From contig NC_043008.1 in the NCBI RefSeq assembly GCF_006345805.1, forward strand, positions 29,698,001 through 29,762,000: a stretch of 64,000 nt of DNA, given 5' to 3'. Made by a program: the position numbers and the translations under genes. Origin of the DNA: Octopus sinensis. Lineage: Eukaryota. How positions within the stretch are numbered: the first letter of the stretch is position 1; each line of letters starts with the position of its first letter. This document shows positions 13,597-26,290 of the stretch, in pieces. The notes below the pieces were generated by a model. It saw only the letters and a list, made by a program, of their open reading frames with translations, was not told where the DNA came from and did not search any database.

Positions 13597-16500
13597 AAGT
13601 ATGTATGTATGTATACACGTCTATAATTTTTTATGCATACAGGATGCTTTAAAGTGTAATTCAGTATAACTGATCATTTATACTGATATCCTTGGATCGT
13701 TCTTACACCACGAAATTACCTAGAAGATATTCGCCTTTTTAAAACATAAAGAGATTACCAATACTCTGGTGAGGGATATGATGCTACCTTATATACAAAC
13801 GTAATTTGTGTGATACAAATTCTCATCAACAACGATAGTAGAAAGAAATCCATGCGTCTTTCTGCTAAAACATTTGGCAATTTGTGGCGAGTTGCTTTGA
13901 TCATTTTATCATTGGGGACAACTTTTATTCAAAAAGCATGTGGCAAGAATCTTATAGGCGATTATGTAATATTATGCTGCGTTTAGCAAAGCGGTTTCCT
14001 CGTATATTGTATGTTATACAAAGAAAAGCATATGTGTGAATATATTAATGATATTTATAAACAGTTATAAGCATGCACACACATATTTATAGTAACACAC
14101 CCACATACAGACACCATATCTATACATAAATACACAAACACACTTAAATACACAAACACACTTAAATACACGCGCGCGTAGATATTTTACATGCATTTAT
14201 GCGTATGCGTTCATATGACAATTACAAAATTTTCCCACTCACTTCTAAAGTAAAGGCATATTTGAGGGTTTGTCAGGTAGTTAATTATCGTTAAAACATT
14301 TTGCTTTTCCAGTTATTATACCGATTGAATTTCAAAAACAGTTTGCCTAAATTTCTCTGCATCAGGCCAATGGAATTTTAAAATATTTATAAGAAACAAA
14401 TGAGTTTTAAATATGAAAATCTTGAACAGCAAAACGTTGTCTTCCATTTTAACGTGAAAGCACGCACAGACAGACACACACACACTGACGCACGCACGCA
14501 CGCAAACGCACGCACACATGCAACACATATATATATACGTATATATATATATATATAATATATATATATATATAATATATATATATATATGGATGTATAT
14601 ATGGATGTATTTATGTATATGTATTTCCACGCATGTCTTTCACATGAATAAAGATATATCCCTGTTCCTACTGAGGCTAAGATATATGACGACTAATTAA
14701 GGGCGCTCTTTGTATTTCGAGTGAAAAATACATATTGCAAATTTCATTGATAATTTACTTATCCCATACACATAATTTAGGAATTATATACCAGCGGGAA
14801 GATAAGGGAATTAAGTCACGTAATCGACAAGACTTCTCAAATGAACATTCTTGAATGTGTAACTATAAGTACACATTTCAAAATTATACCGAAGTAGACA
14901 TTTTATTTTAAAAACTGCAGACATTCAGGAGTCATTTATATATATATTTTTTCATAAATGGATAGGTTTTCGTTAATTTTACGTCTCCATAGAAAATTAC
15001 GAAATTAATATTATAGAATTCCAGCAGTCAATGGAAGCAATTATTATTGTCAAGAATAATGTGGCTGGGAATTATATTTATTTTAAACTTTTTCGGCGAA
15101 AGTTTATTATAATAGTTTCCTTAATATATTCTACAAGAGATATACACAGCATTCATTCACATTTATGCTTTTAATCTAACATCTTAATTGCTTTCTACTC
15201 CACAAAATCCGCAGTTTTGCATTATAGAAAGCAACTGATAAAATGAAGAAGTATAAACAAAAGCTTAAATGACTTTTGGTAGTCGTAACTGTAACAGATA
15301 CAGAAGTCAGTCTTCTATTGAAATGCTCTTACAATAGTTTCGATATAAACAATTTGCACATTTTAAACACTAACCTTTTCCTTAAATAGTCAGATGTTAT
15401 GCACCATTACATTATCATGTATCGTGAGGTCACTTTACTAATTTATGTAGTATTGCAAGTTATTTATATAAGAGGTTGTACACTGTGTAGTTTAGAATAG
15501 AAAAACGCCTGCCATTCTCATTAAGAGGCATTTGTTAAAAAATATGTCCTCTTGGACGGTTCGATAAATCGCTGGTTTCCTTGAAAAATTTCTACTTCTA
15601 AATGACAACTTATAATTACTATAGTTGTTCTGAAAACAGATTGCCCAAAATTTAAACAAGTTTGAAAACCATCTAACGTAGCATGGTATAGTGTCAATAA
15701 TACACAATGTCTGTAAACGTGTTCAGCATTATAAGTATCACTTACCCCTACAACTAAGTCATATTATGGCCGAAAGACATAATAGCTTGTACTATTGACA
15801 CCATCATAAAACTGGTAGCTAACCTCGAACAGATTTTATGTTTAGCTATCTAAGTGGGCGTTATTGATTTCTAATAAACTGTAACGGAAAGTAAATCATT
15901 ATAACGAATGAAGATAGTGTTTCAATACGGTGTCGTTAGCACCTAAGGCTATGTTTAAAAAGTGAATATTGAAAGTACGAAAGCGATAGTGCTATCTGTG
16001 GAAGATAACCAAGCTGAATACCATTTGGAGAGAATAGCTATTGTAAAATATCCATTGTGATGGCATTTGTAGCAAGGTCTACAAAAGTAAAATGGTCGTT
16101 CTTCGAAGTTTTATATAAATCATAGTATCAAGATCCAATAAATATTTCATAAAATATCTGCTAAGTATAAAATCGCGTGTTGTTTACTTGAATTTGTCTA
16201 ATATCAAGCCGCACTTTAAGAAAAACATATTGTTTATTGTATCAATATATCCATTTATAATTCCAGTGAAAAATAAGAATTCAGAAAAACATCCATTTTT
16301 CTATATACTATAATCAAATTTAAATTCTATATTGCTTTTATACAATGCCCGTAGATATTCACTGGACGCGATCATTTACTCATAGACTCTGTATATAGCC
16401 AATGGTTGGTATTTTATATTCAGAGATTAATCTTCAGGTGAAATTATCTACAGAGAACAAAGACAAATTTGTGTGATTCCTCTCCATTTCAACACAATAG

Positions 16501-17359
16501 TCATCTATATTTCAGTATTGCAAAAATATTTAATCGAATCTAAAAGTTTTGAATATCATAAGGAGATATTTCCCCTCAATTAATATCGAAATATTTGAGT
16601 CTAGGGGAAATGAATCACCTTAATTTTTAATTATTGATGATTAAAAATGTCACGTTAGTTATTCAGTTTTAATGACACATATACAAATATACGCACAACG
16701 CGCGCAACACCACGCACATGCACACACACTCACACGCGTGTTCATACACAGAAACACACACACACTGCCGCACACATGCATACACAGACACCCCCCACAC
16801 ACATATACATACGATTAAACAGAGTCCAGAGAGAAGGAACGTCGGTGAACGTCAGCAACATTTAGAGCTATTCCCCGCTCTTCCACTATCCCTTCCACTA
16901 TCCCTTTCTCTATTCTGTTCTTGTTAACCATTTAAATTCGTATTATATATATATTCGTAAAAATGTAAACCTAAGTTGGTGTATCATTTTCATCGGGACA
17001 GTCTGCAAGAAACATACACGTGGCACCATGCGCATATCATATGTATGAATATGGTCATTACGTAAGTTATGACTGACTTGAAAGAGACATCGATATTATA
17101 CATAACGTTTTCTTCTGTTTTGTTTTCGTTTTTCCTTTGTTCTGCAACTTTTTTTATGTGCTCCAATCCCAGATTATCATAGCGTATCTCTCAAATATGT
17201 ATGGGCAACGTCGGTGGCCTGGAGAAGTGTGGTTCATATGCATAGATGACTACTTGTCTTCCGTAAATAACCTGTGTACATCGGAGGGGAACTCCCTAGG
17301 TGCAATTCCATGGTTACTAATGACTGAATGGGCTTTTTTTAAAACACTATATATATATA

Positions 17360-17656
17360 TATTATTGTTGTTGATGTTTGTTCCTTTTCTGGAGCCACAC
17401 CTGGCTCATAGGGCCGGTTTCCTGGTTTCCTTGGCGTATAGGTTCCCCACCTGGACGGGACGTCGGTCCGTCGTAGGTGAGCTGCAAGATGCAAGAGGAA
17501 AGAGTGGGAGAAAGTTGTGGCGAAAGCGTCAGCAGAAGTTTGCCATTACCTCTTGCCGGAGCCGCTCATAAACACACACATCGCCCGGTCTCAGATTCGA
17601 ACCTGCGATCCCTCAACCGCGAGTGCGCTGCTTTAACCACTAGGCCATGAACGTCC
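17360..17656 (-). mobile_element. tRNA-derived SINE with V-domain-like core
   Basis: Minus-strand A-box TGGCCTAGTGG and B-box GGTTCGAATC; central cctacgacggaccgacgtcccgtccagg resembles the V-SINE core; (caa)n-like tail. Confidence 0.7.
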
Positions 17657-17726
<70 letters not shown>

Positions 17727-17758
17727 TATATATATATTATATATATTATATATATATA

Positions 17759-17797
<39 letters not shown>

Positions 17798-20700
17798 AAT
17801 AATGTAAATATTACAATTGTATACGAGCAGTGTTATCATGATAATTAACACAGACACGTGGAGAAAAAATATATATGCACAAACAAGTATAAATATACGT
17901 TTGTGGTGGTGAGGTTGTTGTGAAAATATATATGCGTATATACCTAAATTGTTATAGGATGCACATTGCTGGAAAGAGAACGATTGATAATGTTCAGGAT
18001 ATCCACGTTGCAATCATCTCAAGTGACATAATAAAACAAAATGCATCGTATATCTGCATGAAAATATATTTTGTGAATTAAATATATTTCCTCTCTACAT
18101 GCACTGTATGCATATCTATAAATCCTGTTGTTTAGTTTATGTTTAATATTCGATTGATCCACTTTTTAAACTGAGAATAATTGAAAAGTGCTTTCTCATT
18201 GTAATTGTCAGATAAACGTATTTTTTTAAGTAGTGAAATCACAGTTTACATGATTATACTGCGTTGAAAATAATATTTGAGTAATTGCACTGGGAGAAGA
18301 ATGGAATAAGATATAGCTTGATAGTATACCTCGTGAGAGACTTTCAAGAGAATAATATATCTCTCATGTAACCCAAATGATCTTTAATTGTTACTAGACA
18401 TTGCAACTATGTAAAATGCTCTTTCATTTATGATACGTATATTGTTCAACAAATCTTGGTTTAACTACTTAATTTAACGAAACTGCATTTACGTCTCTGG
18501 AGTTATGACTACGTTTATATGTTTGTCCACACTTTAATGTATTCTTAATTATCTCTAAGCAACGTGGGATGGTCACAGTTGAATGCTCCTGATCGTTAAT
18601 CTGGATCACGCTGTTCTTCGACAGAACTAAATCAGAAAATAAATTCTACAGATTATATTTATTAGATATTTGTAAAATTAATCACACGAGAGCAAACATA
18701 TATGTCACCCTTTCACAAGTTTCTCAATTCCTTTGTGGACAAAATAAAAGGAACTTCTTTTTATTATGTGATAATTATTGTTTTCTTCACAGTACAATAA
18801 ACTTCAAAACAATTATAATATAACTTCTATCTTGTAGAACGATATTTGGTAAAAGTCGGTTATGTTAGATATGTTGTAAAACTTCGGCTTTTGTAGCTTC
18901 ATAACTTTTGTTTATAAATATCATTTGTCAAAATTATATATATTGTTCCTTTAATCTTTTCAATAACATCATGTCATTATGATAGATACGTTTTGGTTTT
19001 GCAGAAATTCCGTTTAATAACAAATATTAAATGTGAACAAAGACGGGTATCTCAAACAAAAACCATTCTTTCTATAGAGTGACTACAAAACAGTAAATAC
19101 AATAAATTCAAGTTCCTGTCAATCGGTTATGTAATATAATATATATTTTTGTGATCATCATTTTTTTTACAAATAAACAAGTACATGATACAGTTTCTCC
19201 TTTTAAATATCTGTATAGTGAAACTAATGTAGGATTTTAAAGTCACTTTTGATATGTAATGATTGTCTTATTTACTGGAACTGGATTATTATTGATTTAA
19301 ACTTATAATATTGTAGTGTTTTCAGACTAGTGTAGCGTTACTCTTTGTAAGCATAACAATAACTTCCCACTGATCGATGTTATAGCCGTACAGATTGAAT
19401 GCTGTGTTAAGCACATTCTTAATAGGTATCGTCTAAGACGTGAATGACGTCCTTGGCTACAGGAATTTAGACAATAAGCTTCATGTCTCACACTTCTTGG
19501 AAAATGATTTCTTGCCATCATTGCCCTGTTTCAGATTAAGCAAACACGATTTTTGTCTCAGTGGCGACAAATCTACTGAATATTCACATGAAATAAGACT
19601 TGAGGAAATATTTAGGAATTTCTATCCAACATCTAACTGATATTACAGGAAATAGATTGTCAACATAGATAGTTTCTGTAATTTATGTAGGCTTTTCTTC
19701 ACTTCAGAATCACGCCTGATTGAAAAAAACTTATATTCGATAATATTTCGACCATGATAACTGACATATTTGCAGCTATAATTCCACAACAATAAAACCG
19801 AAAATTGTTTTGTTAGTAACCTGAAAAATGGTAGTATTATAGGTATTTAAATGATTTCATGTCTCCTCACCTGGATGATCCACTGTGTAGAGGCTACCTC
19901 TTCGTTCCACTATTTAAATGCGCTTATATATTTGATAAAGAGAATCTATACAGAGGACTCCGTGCTCCAAAACTGACGACTTGCGGGGGAAAACACTTGG
20001 ATGCTAATATAAGATATACAATTATTTACTTTAATAACGTTTTGTATTGTTGCATTTATATGGCCAGCAGGCTAGCGATTGCGTTATGAGCAGAGAAATA
20101 TAAGAAATTCATCTGGGTTTTTTTTTACAGGCAAACACGAAGTCAAAAAATATTCTGAGACTACCATTAAGTATCAAGTTCTCTTTATCCTCTCTACAAC
20201 AATTCTCAGTACCGGACAATGATCAATAAGAATGACTGTGAGGCGAGAGAGAAAAAGCGGATGTGGGATTTAGAGAGTGTATATGAATTTATGACATTTA
20301 TTAAATTTCAAATTATACTGACAAAATTTGCATAAGAACAATAAGTTTAGGAATGCACTAAGCGCTTAGGTGCATTCACCAATTAAAATATTTGAATGAA
20401 GTCATTATTGTATAATTCTTTATATTAACTTTACATATTAATTTCCCAGTGAAGGCTGTTTCTGAAAGAAGCTTTAATCTTTTAAAGCTCATACCAATTA
20501 GAGCATGGTTAATATTGATTATACGGTAACGGCCAATATTTTGATTGAATCGATACAATATCCAGTCTCTTGTGGAAATATGTCTACGTTAGACGATCAT
20601 CGAAGAGTCCTGTCCGTCTACATGTATTCAATTGGGAGAAGGCAGTATTTGAACTCGGAATACAAAGAACCAGACTAACTAATTAATGCAAAGCATTTTC

Positions 20701-20864
20701 CCATCAAGTACCTCGTCAAATTAATCTATGTAATAAACATTGAATTTATATGTATGTATGCTTGTATGCATGTATGTATGTATCTATCTATCTGTCTAAC
20801 TAACTAACTATCTACCTATCAATTTATCTTTCCCTCACTCTATCTCTCTCTCTCTTTATGTATG

Positions 20865-20928
<64 letters not shown>

Positions 20929-22648
20929 ACATGACATTTTATGAGTACAGATGGATTTCTAACTATAGTATGTGGCTTAATAGCTACAGAAGCCGTTTCA
21001 CGTAATTATAAATAATATATGCTGTACACGACTCCTAGATGTCATCGTTCGCATGTTCGTTGTCATTCAGATTCGTTGTTTTTCCGTCTCTCGTCCTTGA
21101 TCCATTCAAATTTTACATTGTAAATTATCTTCATAACGCCATATTATAACCATCATAGAGATGATTGAAAAGAAATCGAAAATAAAAATGTTTAAGCTGG
21201 AATTCAAAGATTAATGCAATGTGTTCGTCACAATATTCATATAGTTTGTCTTGATATCATAATCATCTTATTTTATCATCACAGATATATTCTACCCCGC
21301 TGAATAATCTCTATCTATGTTTTCTGAGGCGTTGCAGTGATTAATGAAGTTATCTCACGAACAGATGATGAGAGTCTCAAGAAATTTCATAGATTAATAA
21401 TTTAATGAAAACTGAAATACGGTAACATAATATAAATTGAAGACAAACTTCTAATTATAATTTTTATATTTGTAAGGAAAATTTTCCGAATTAGAAAATA
21501 TTTATCTGCCACTGTGACGAAAGTCAGAAAATGAGACTGTATTACGGAACAATATACATAGTTATGCGATTACAAAATGAATCGGAACATGTATTGCGAT
21601 ATACAAGAGACTATAAAGGCACAGCATACGTGACACAATTAACAGAAAAACAAAAAACTTAGATATCTTTCGACCAAAGATTAGTCTGGGCCCTGTCTAA
21701 TTTAATATTATCAACTGTTAGGATTTGCTAAATCCTTTTTAAATCAAGATTTGTGGTATCATGGCACATTTGAATAGGGAATTCTTGTCGAAATAGTTGT
21801 GTTTAGATATAGGTGGCTTATCTGGTATCCCTTGAAGAAATATGTCCAGATTCCTTTCAAAGTTGATGAGATATTTTGCTTCATTGATTTGTATAGGAAA
21901 AGAAATTGTGTTGCAGTGTATTTATGTTTAGGGGACCTATAGCACGTTGTCTTAGCTTTGGATGAATTCTGGAACTAATGCTGAGGGCGTTTGAGCAATG
22001 CTGTTCGTATATTATCCACATTGTGCAAATGATGCATTGTTCACGGCGGCGCTGGAGATAATACAGCTGCAATGCTTTAAAGCATTGTAAAACAAAGAAT
22101 TGGCATGTTAAAACATTAACGACTGTCAAACTTGGGGCATGAGAAAATCGGACATTTCATTCTTATATTTTATAGTTTAAGTGGTGGCATTTCTCAAAAT
22201 GTTCTGTCCAAATTTCGACGTATTTTGTACAGAAGACTCGTTAAAGGTCTTTCTAGATTTAGTTTCCCCAACAAAGAAATTAAGCAAATGGTCGTGTATA
22301 AATGAAGGATATTTAGACATTTGATTTTACTCTCTCCTATGATGAAACGAAACTTAAGCAAAAGAAATTTGGCTACGATATCAGATGCAGAGATACGATT
22401 AAAGAGCTCATTTTGTAACCAGGTGCCTTCGGATTCAGGCTCACTACGCGGCGATTTGGACATTTTTCCTTTAACATCTTGCCAATCATTTCTTTGAATT
22501 CATTCATTTAGGCGTCGACAATTGTGTGGGAATCTGTAGGGAATATGTGTGTGTGCCTGTTTGTGTATATACGGTAATTATCTATGTATATGTGCATATA
22601 TATATATATTTATATATGTGTCTGTGTTTGTGAATGTATGTTTGCCTG

Positions 22649-22787
<139 letters not shown>

Positions 22788-22790
<3 letters not shown>

Positions 22791-22975
22791 TTCAGATGAA
22801 TATGGTACTTCAATTGAGGGACCAGAATTTAGTACGGTATTATCCATACAATTTCAAAATAAGGTGATTAAAATCAAAATAAGCAACAAGGATATCCAGC
22901 AGTACGATCGCATCATGCAACTCCATTTAATTGAACAATGCAATCATTACATCAATTTAAAATGTAGCGCAATCT
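22788..22975 (-). repeat. Decayed copy of the HHR-bearing 'aatcaaaataagcaacaag' repeat family
   Basis: Aligns by eye with 47820-47950 and with the reverse complement of 63130-63315; its HHR core is mutated (GATG for GAAA). Confidence 0.75.
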
Positions 22976-23561
22976 TTCGTGTATGTGCTGGCTTTTCAAC
23001 TGGGTTAAAAGAATGTTTGATGGCATATAATTACCAGTTACTAAGTCCAGAAGAAATTTTTCGAAGCTGAATGGATAAAAATTTTTCAAATTTGAACCTA
23101 TCTGAAACTTACCTGCAAGCTGATGAGGAATGTTCAAGGTAGCACCAGGTATTTTCCAACAAGTTATGGATACAATGGTCGCAGGCTCGGATTTCACAAT
23201 AGTTTACCTTGATGATATATTCATGAAAAATTAATCTCGTGGTCAGCATGCTGTGCATGATAAGATCTCCAAAAAATAAAAGATTATAGCTTTAGGCTCA
23301 GCGAGGAAAAAGTGAAATTTTTATGTAAAGAATAAAATACCTAGGGAAGATTATCGTTGGAAAAAGACGTATACAAAACCTGTCATGGCGAGTGCAATAA
23401 AAATTATGCCTCTCCCGACGAACATTACAACGTTACGGGCATTTTGGGGTCTTGTAAATCACTACCTAATATACATACCGAATATGCATGACTTGAGAGT
23501 ACCCCTGAATAACTTATTAGAAAAATACGCTAAGTGGAACTGGTCGGACAATTGCCAAAAA

Positions 23562-23705
23562 ATAATACAGTTCTATATTTAAGAGATGAGGAATTTTGTA
23601 CATTATTTAAATTTGACGGGCATATGGCGTAGTGGTTAAATGCACGGACTACTAACACCAAGATTCCGAGGTTGATTCTAGGCAGTGACCTGAATAATAA
23701 TAATG

Positions 23706-23747
<42 letters not shown>

Positions 23748-23752
23748 TAATA

Positions 23753-23793
<41 letters not shown>

Positions 23794-23809
23794 TAATAAT
23801 AATAATAAC

Positions 23810-23842
<33 letters not shown>

Positions 23843-24222
23843 CAATACCTGTTGTCATAGGTGCCCTGGGAATGATAGCAAAAGGGGCAGATAGCTACCT
23901 AACTCAGATACCAGGAAACCCAAAAATGGCAGAAATTCAAAAGATAGTGCTCATGGGAACTGCTCATATCCTACGCAAAATACTTTCTATGTAATCTCAA
24001 GGTTTAAAACAAACATAATTTTCGGTTTAAAAAAAAAAAAAAAGAAAAAAAAATTTTTTAGACATTCATTAGTACAACACCCCCACCCCCCAAATATATG
24101 GCACACTAGGCATAACAACAACATGAACTTCCAACCCTGTTGTCTCTTGAGGTCTCTGGGTGAGACTTGGAGCCAACTTGTACAAATATAAAGCAAAAGT
24201 CAAACATAGAATAATAATAATA

Positions 24223-24254
<32 letters not shown>

Positions 24255-24419
24255 TAATAATAATAATAATATAATAATGATAATAATATCAAAAAATACC
24301 TTACGAATGAGAACCCAGGGGTTCGAAATTTCCCCAAGACACCTATATCAGCTGAAACGTTGTGTTAACAACAAACAAGATGGGGACAAATATCCGTCAA
24401 ATGTAAATAATGTGAATAA
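23562..24419 (+). mobile_element. Composite insertion: tRNA-headed SINE-like element with inverted termini, its (TAA)n tract interrupted by an RLE-LINE 3' end
   Basis: Flanked by tgccaaaaa (23553-23561, 24420-24428). A-box TGGCGTAGTGG 23625-23635; B-box-like GGTTGATTCTA 23670-23680. 20-bp inverted repeat 23600-23619 / 24394-24413. Confidence 0.75.
23844..24210 (+). mobile_element. 5'-truncated R4/Dong-like (RLE) LINE 3' end
   Basis: IPVVIGALGMIAKG...IQKIVLMGTAHILRKILSM* (stop 23992-23994), then a 3' UTR; (TAA)n on both sides. Confidence 0.8.
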
Positions 24420-25881
24420 TGCCAAAAAGATTTTTGAAGAACTTAAAGACATTTTTACATCGGAATTAATGACAACTTAACGTGAAAAGTCATTGGAATT
24501 GTCGTTATCATATTTTGACCCCAATTTAGAAATAGGAGTGGCATCAGAAGCTATAGTCTCTCCAATAACGGTACGCATTTTATTGCGGGTGAATTTAAGA
24601 AATTTTGCAGGATGTCTTCAATTGAACCTATCACTACTTCACAGTATCTCTGATGATAGAACCGACAAACCGAATGCTGTGTGGATACGTTCAAAAGAGC
24701 GCTAAGAAAAGCCAAAAATGAGGTAGTCGATAATGTAGAATTTCAAACATTCTTGAGAGGTTACCGTGTAATGCCAAACACAAATATCCCTTCAAGCATG
24801 TCGCCTGCTGACCTGATGTTTGTAAGAAAAATGAGGTCAGTTTTTGACAAATAATTACCTGGTAGAAAAATAAAAAGCGGGAGAATGCTAAAAATAAGAC
24901 CAAGTAGTTAAAAATCGTGATGGCTTTTTTTTCCAGAATGTACAGAAGTGCAAAAGAAGTTTGGGGAGACGGGGAAATAATAAAAAGGGTCTGTAAAATG
25001 GCGTACATCGTAGAAGATTAGAAATGGGGACATCAAAGACACAAGAATCGGCTGAAAAGACATTACATCATTAAAATCATATATCCACAGCCAAGAATAT
25101 AAAAATATGTATATGTACATATGCAATATGTATATGTATATGTATATGTATAATATATTATATTATATGATACGCGTGTGAGTGTGTACTTTGCTGTGCT
25201 TGAGTATGTGTAAATGGCTGCTTGTGTGTTTGCGTATTTTATTTTGCAGATGTTTGTCACACTACCCCATCGTTTAGCAAACGGTGTTGATTTGTTTATC
25301 TCATGTTAACTTAGGCTTCCTGCAAGTGAGGCCTAGTAAAATTTAAAAAGAATTACTAGCATGGATCTATTCCAGCAGACCATTCAATGCGCCCCACCCA
25401 ATATGAACTAAATCCAATGACAGAAAAAATTAAGTGATTCTCAGAGTTTTGACAGGATTGAAGAATAAACACCGACTTCTCTGAATTGAAAGTATCTAGA
25501 GAAAAATATGGTAATTATTGTCTGACATGTCATTCCTATTAGGTGGGGGATCGGGAATATTTTTCTGCCGCTGTTGTTTCCAAGTCTGTAGGTGACTATC
25601 GTGATAAGTCATGGTTTTCAGTAAAAGAAACTAAGATATTAACTGACACATTACAAATAGATTCTGTCGGTGGAACAGTAAAAATATGTGAAACTTTCTC
25701 AATTTCAAAATGTGACGTTCTTTTGTTTATCTACACTGCAAAGATGGAACTTTATGTCTTTGTTACAAATTGGCTTTTTTAGAGAAATTTAAATAATGCA
25801 AAATATATGTACACACACATATATACACAAATACATATACATGTATACATATATACATGCATGCAAACATACATGCATACA

Positions 25882-25915
<34 letters not shown>

Positions 25916-25949
25916 CATACATACATACATACATACATACATACATGCA

Positions 25950-26290
25950 TGCACTCCTCATCATTTGTATTGTGCAACTTGGATTCTTTTTCTGAAATCC
26001 TTAACTTATCTAGATTAATTACTTCCGCATTTACTCGTAAATCTCAGTGCACCCATTATTATTTGTATAAATGTCAACTTATAATCTGGATATAGAAGCT
26101 GGAGGTCTCGAATTGGTTGCCCATAGTTATCGCTTTTCTCTTTGATTTTCAAGCAGATATTCGCATCAGCAGGGCAGCAGAACTCCGTGAGAGTAAATAC
26201 TTTTCTTCTCTGTCGCAAACAACGATATCTGGCTTGTTATGTTTGTATTTGTCAGGTATTGTGATGGAAACGTTGCACTAGTCATCCTAA
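25950..26290 (-). mobile_element. RLE-type LINE endonuclease / C-terminal fragment
   Basis: KYKHNKPDIVVCD and EFCCPADANI..KIKEKSDNYG..IRDLQLLYPDYK...IIMGAL (PD-(D/E)xK-type motif). Confidence 0.8.

Larger units (their letters stand above)
22976..25080 (+). mobile_element. Decayed Ty3/Gypsy pol fossil (RT, start of RNase H, integrase C-terminus), interrupted by an insertion at 23562-24419
   Basis: RVCAGFSTGLKECL, APGIFQQVMDTM, VYLDDI, LRAFWGLVNHY, WNWSDNCQK | IFEELKDIFTSEL, SYFDPNLEIGVASEA, VDTFKRALRK, SPADLMFVRK. Many stops and frameshifts and a large internal deletion. Confidence 0.9.

Noticed and set aside
15481-15709. Transib/RSS-like element (cactgtg...cacaatg)
   Set aside because: TIR similarity is only about 9 bp and the flanks give no 5-bp TSD.
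17575-17656. Functional tRNA gene
   Set aside because: A and B boxes run straight into a SINE body and tail; no convincing acceptor stem or terminator.
23112-23125. CTGATGA inside the Gypsy RT (also CTGACGA at 62461 in Tc1, 59818 and 19973, and CTGATGA at 9774 and 63546)
   Set aside because: No downstream stem II-GAAA-stem III-UH with pairing; two lie within protein-coding codons.
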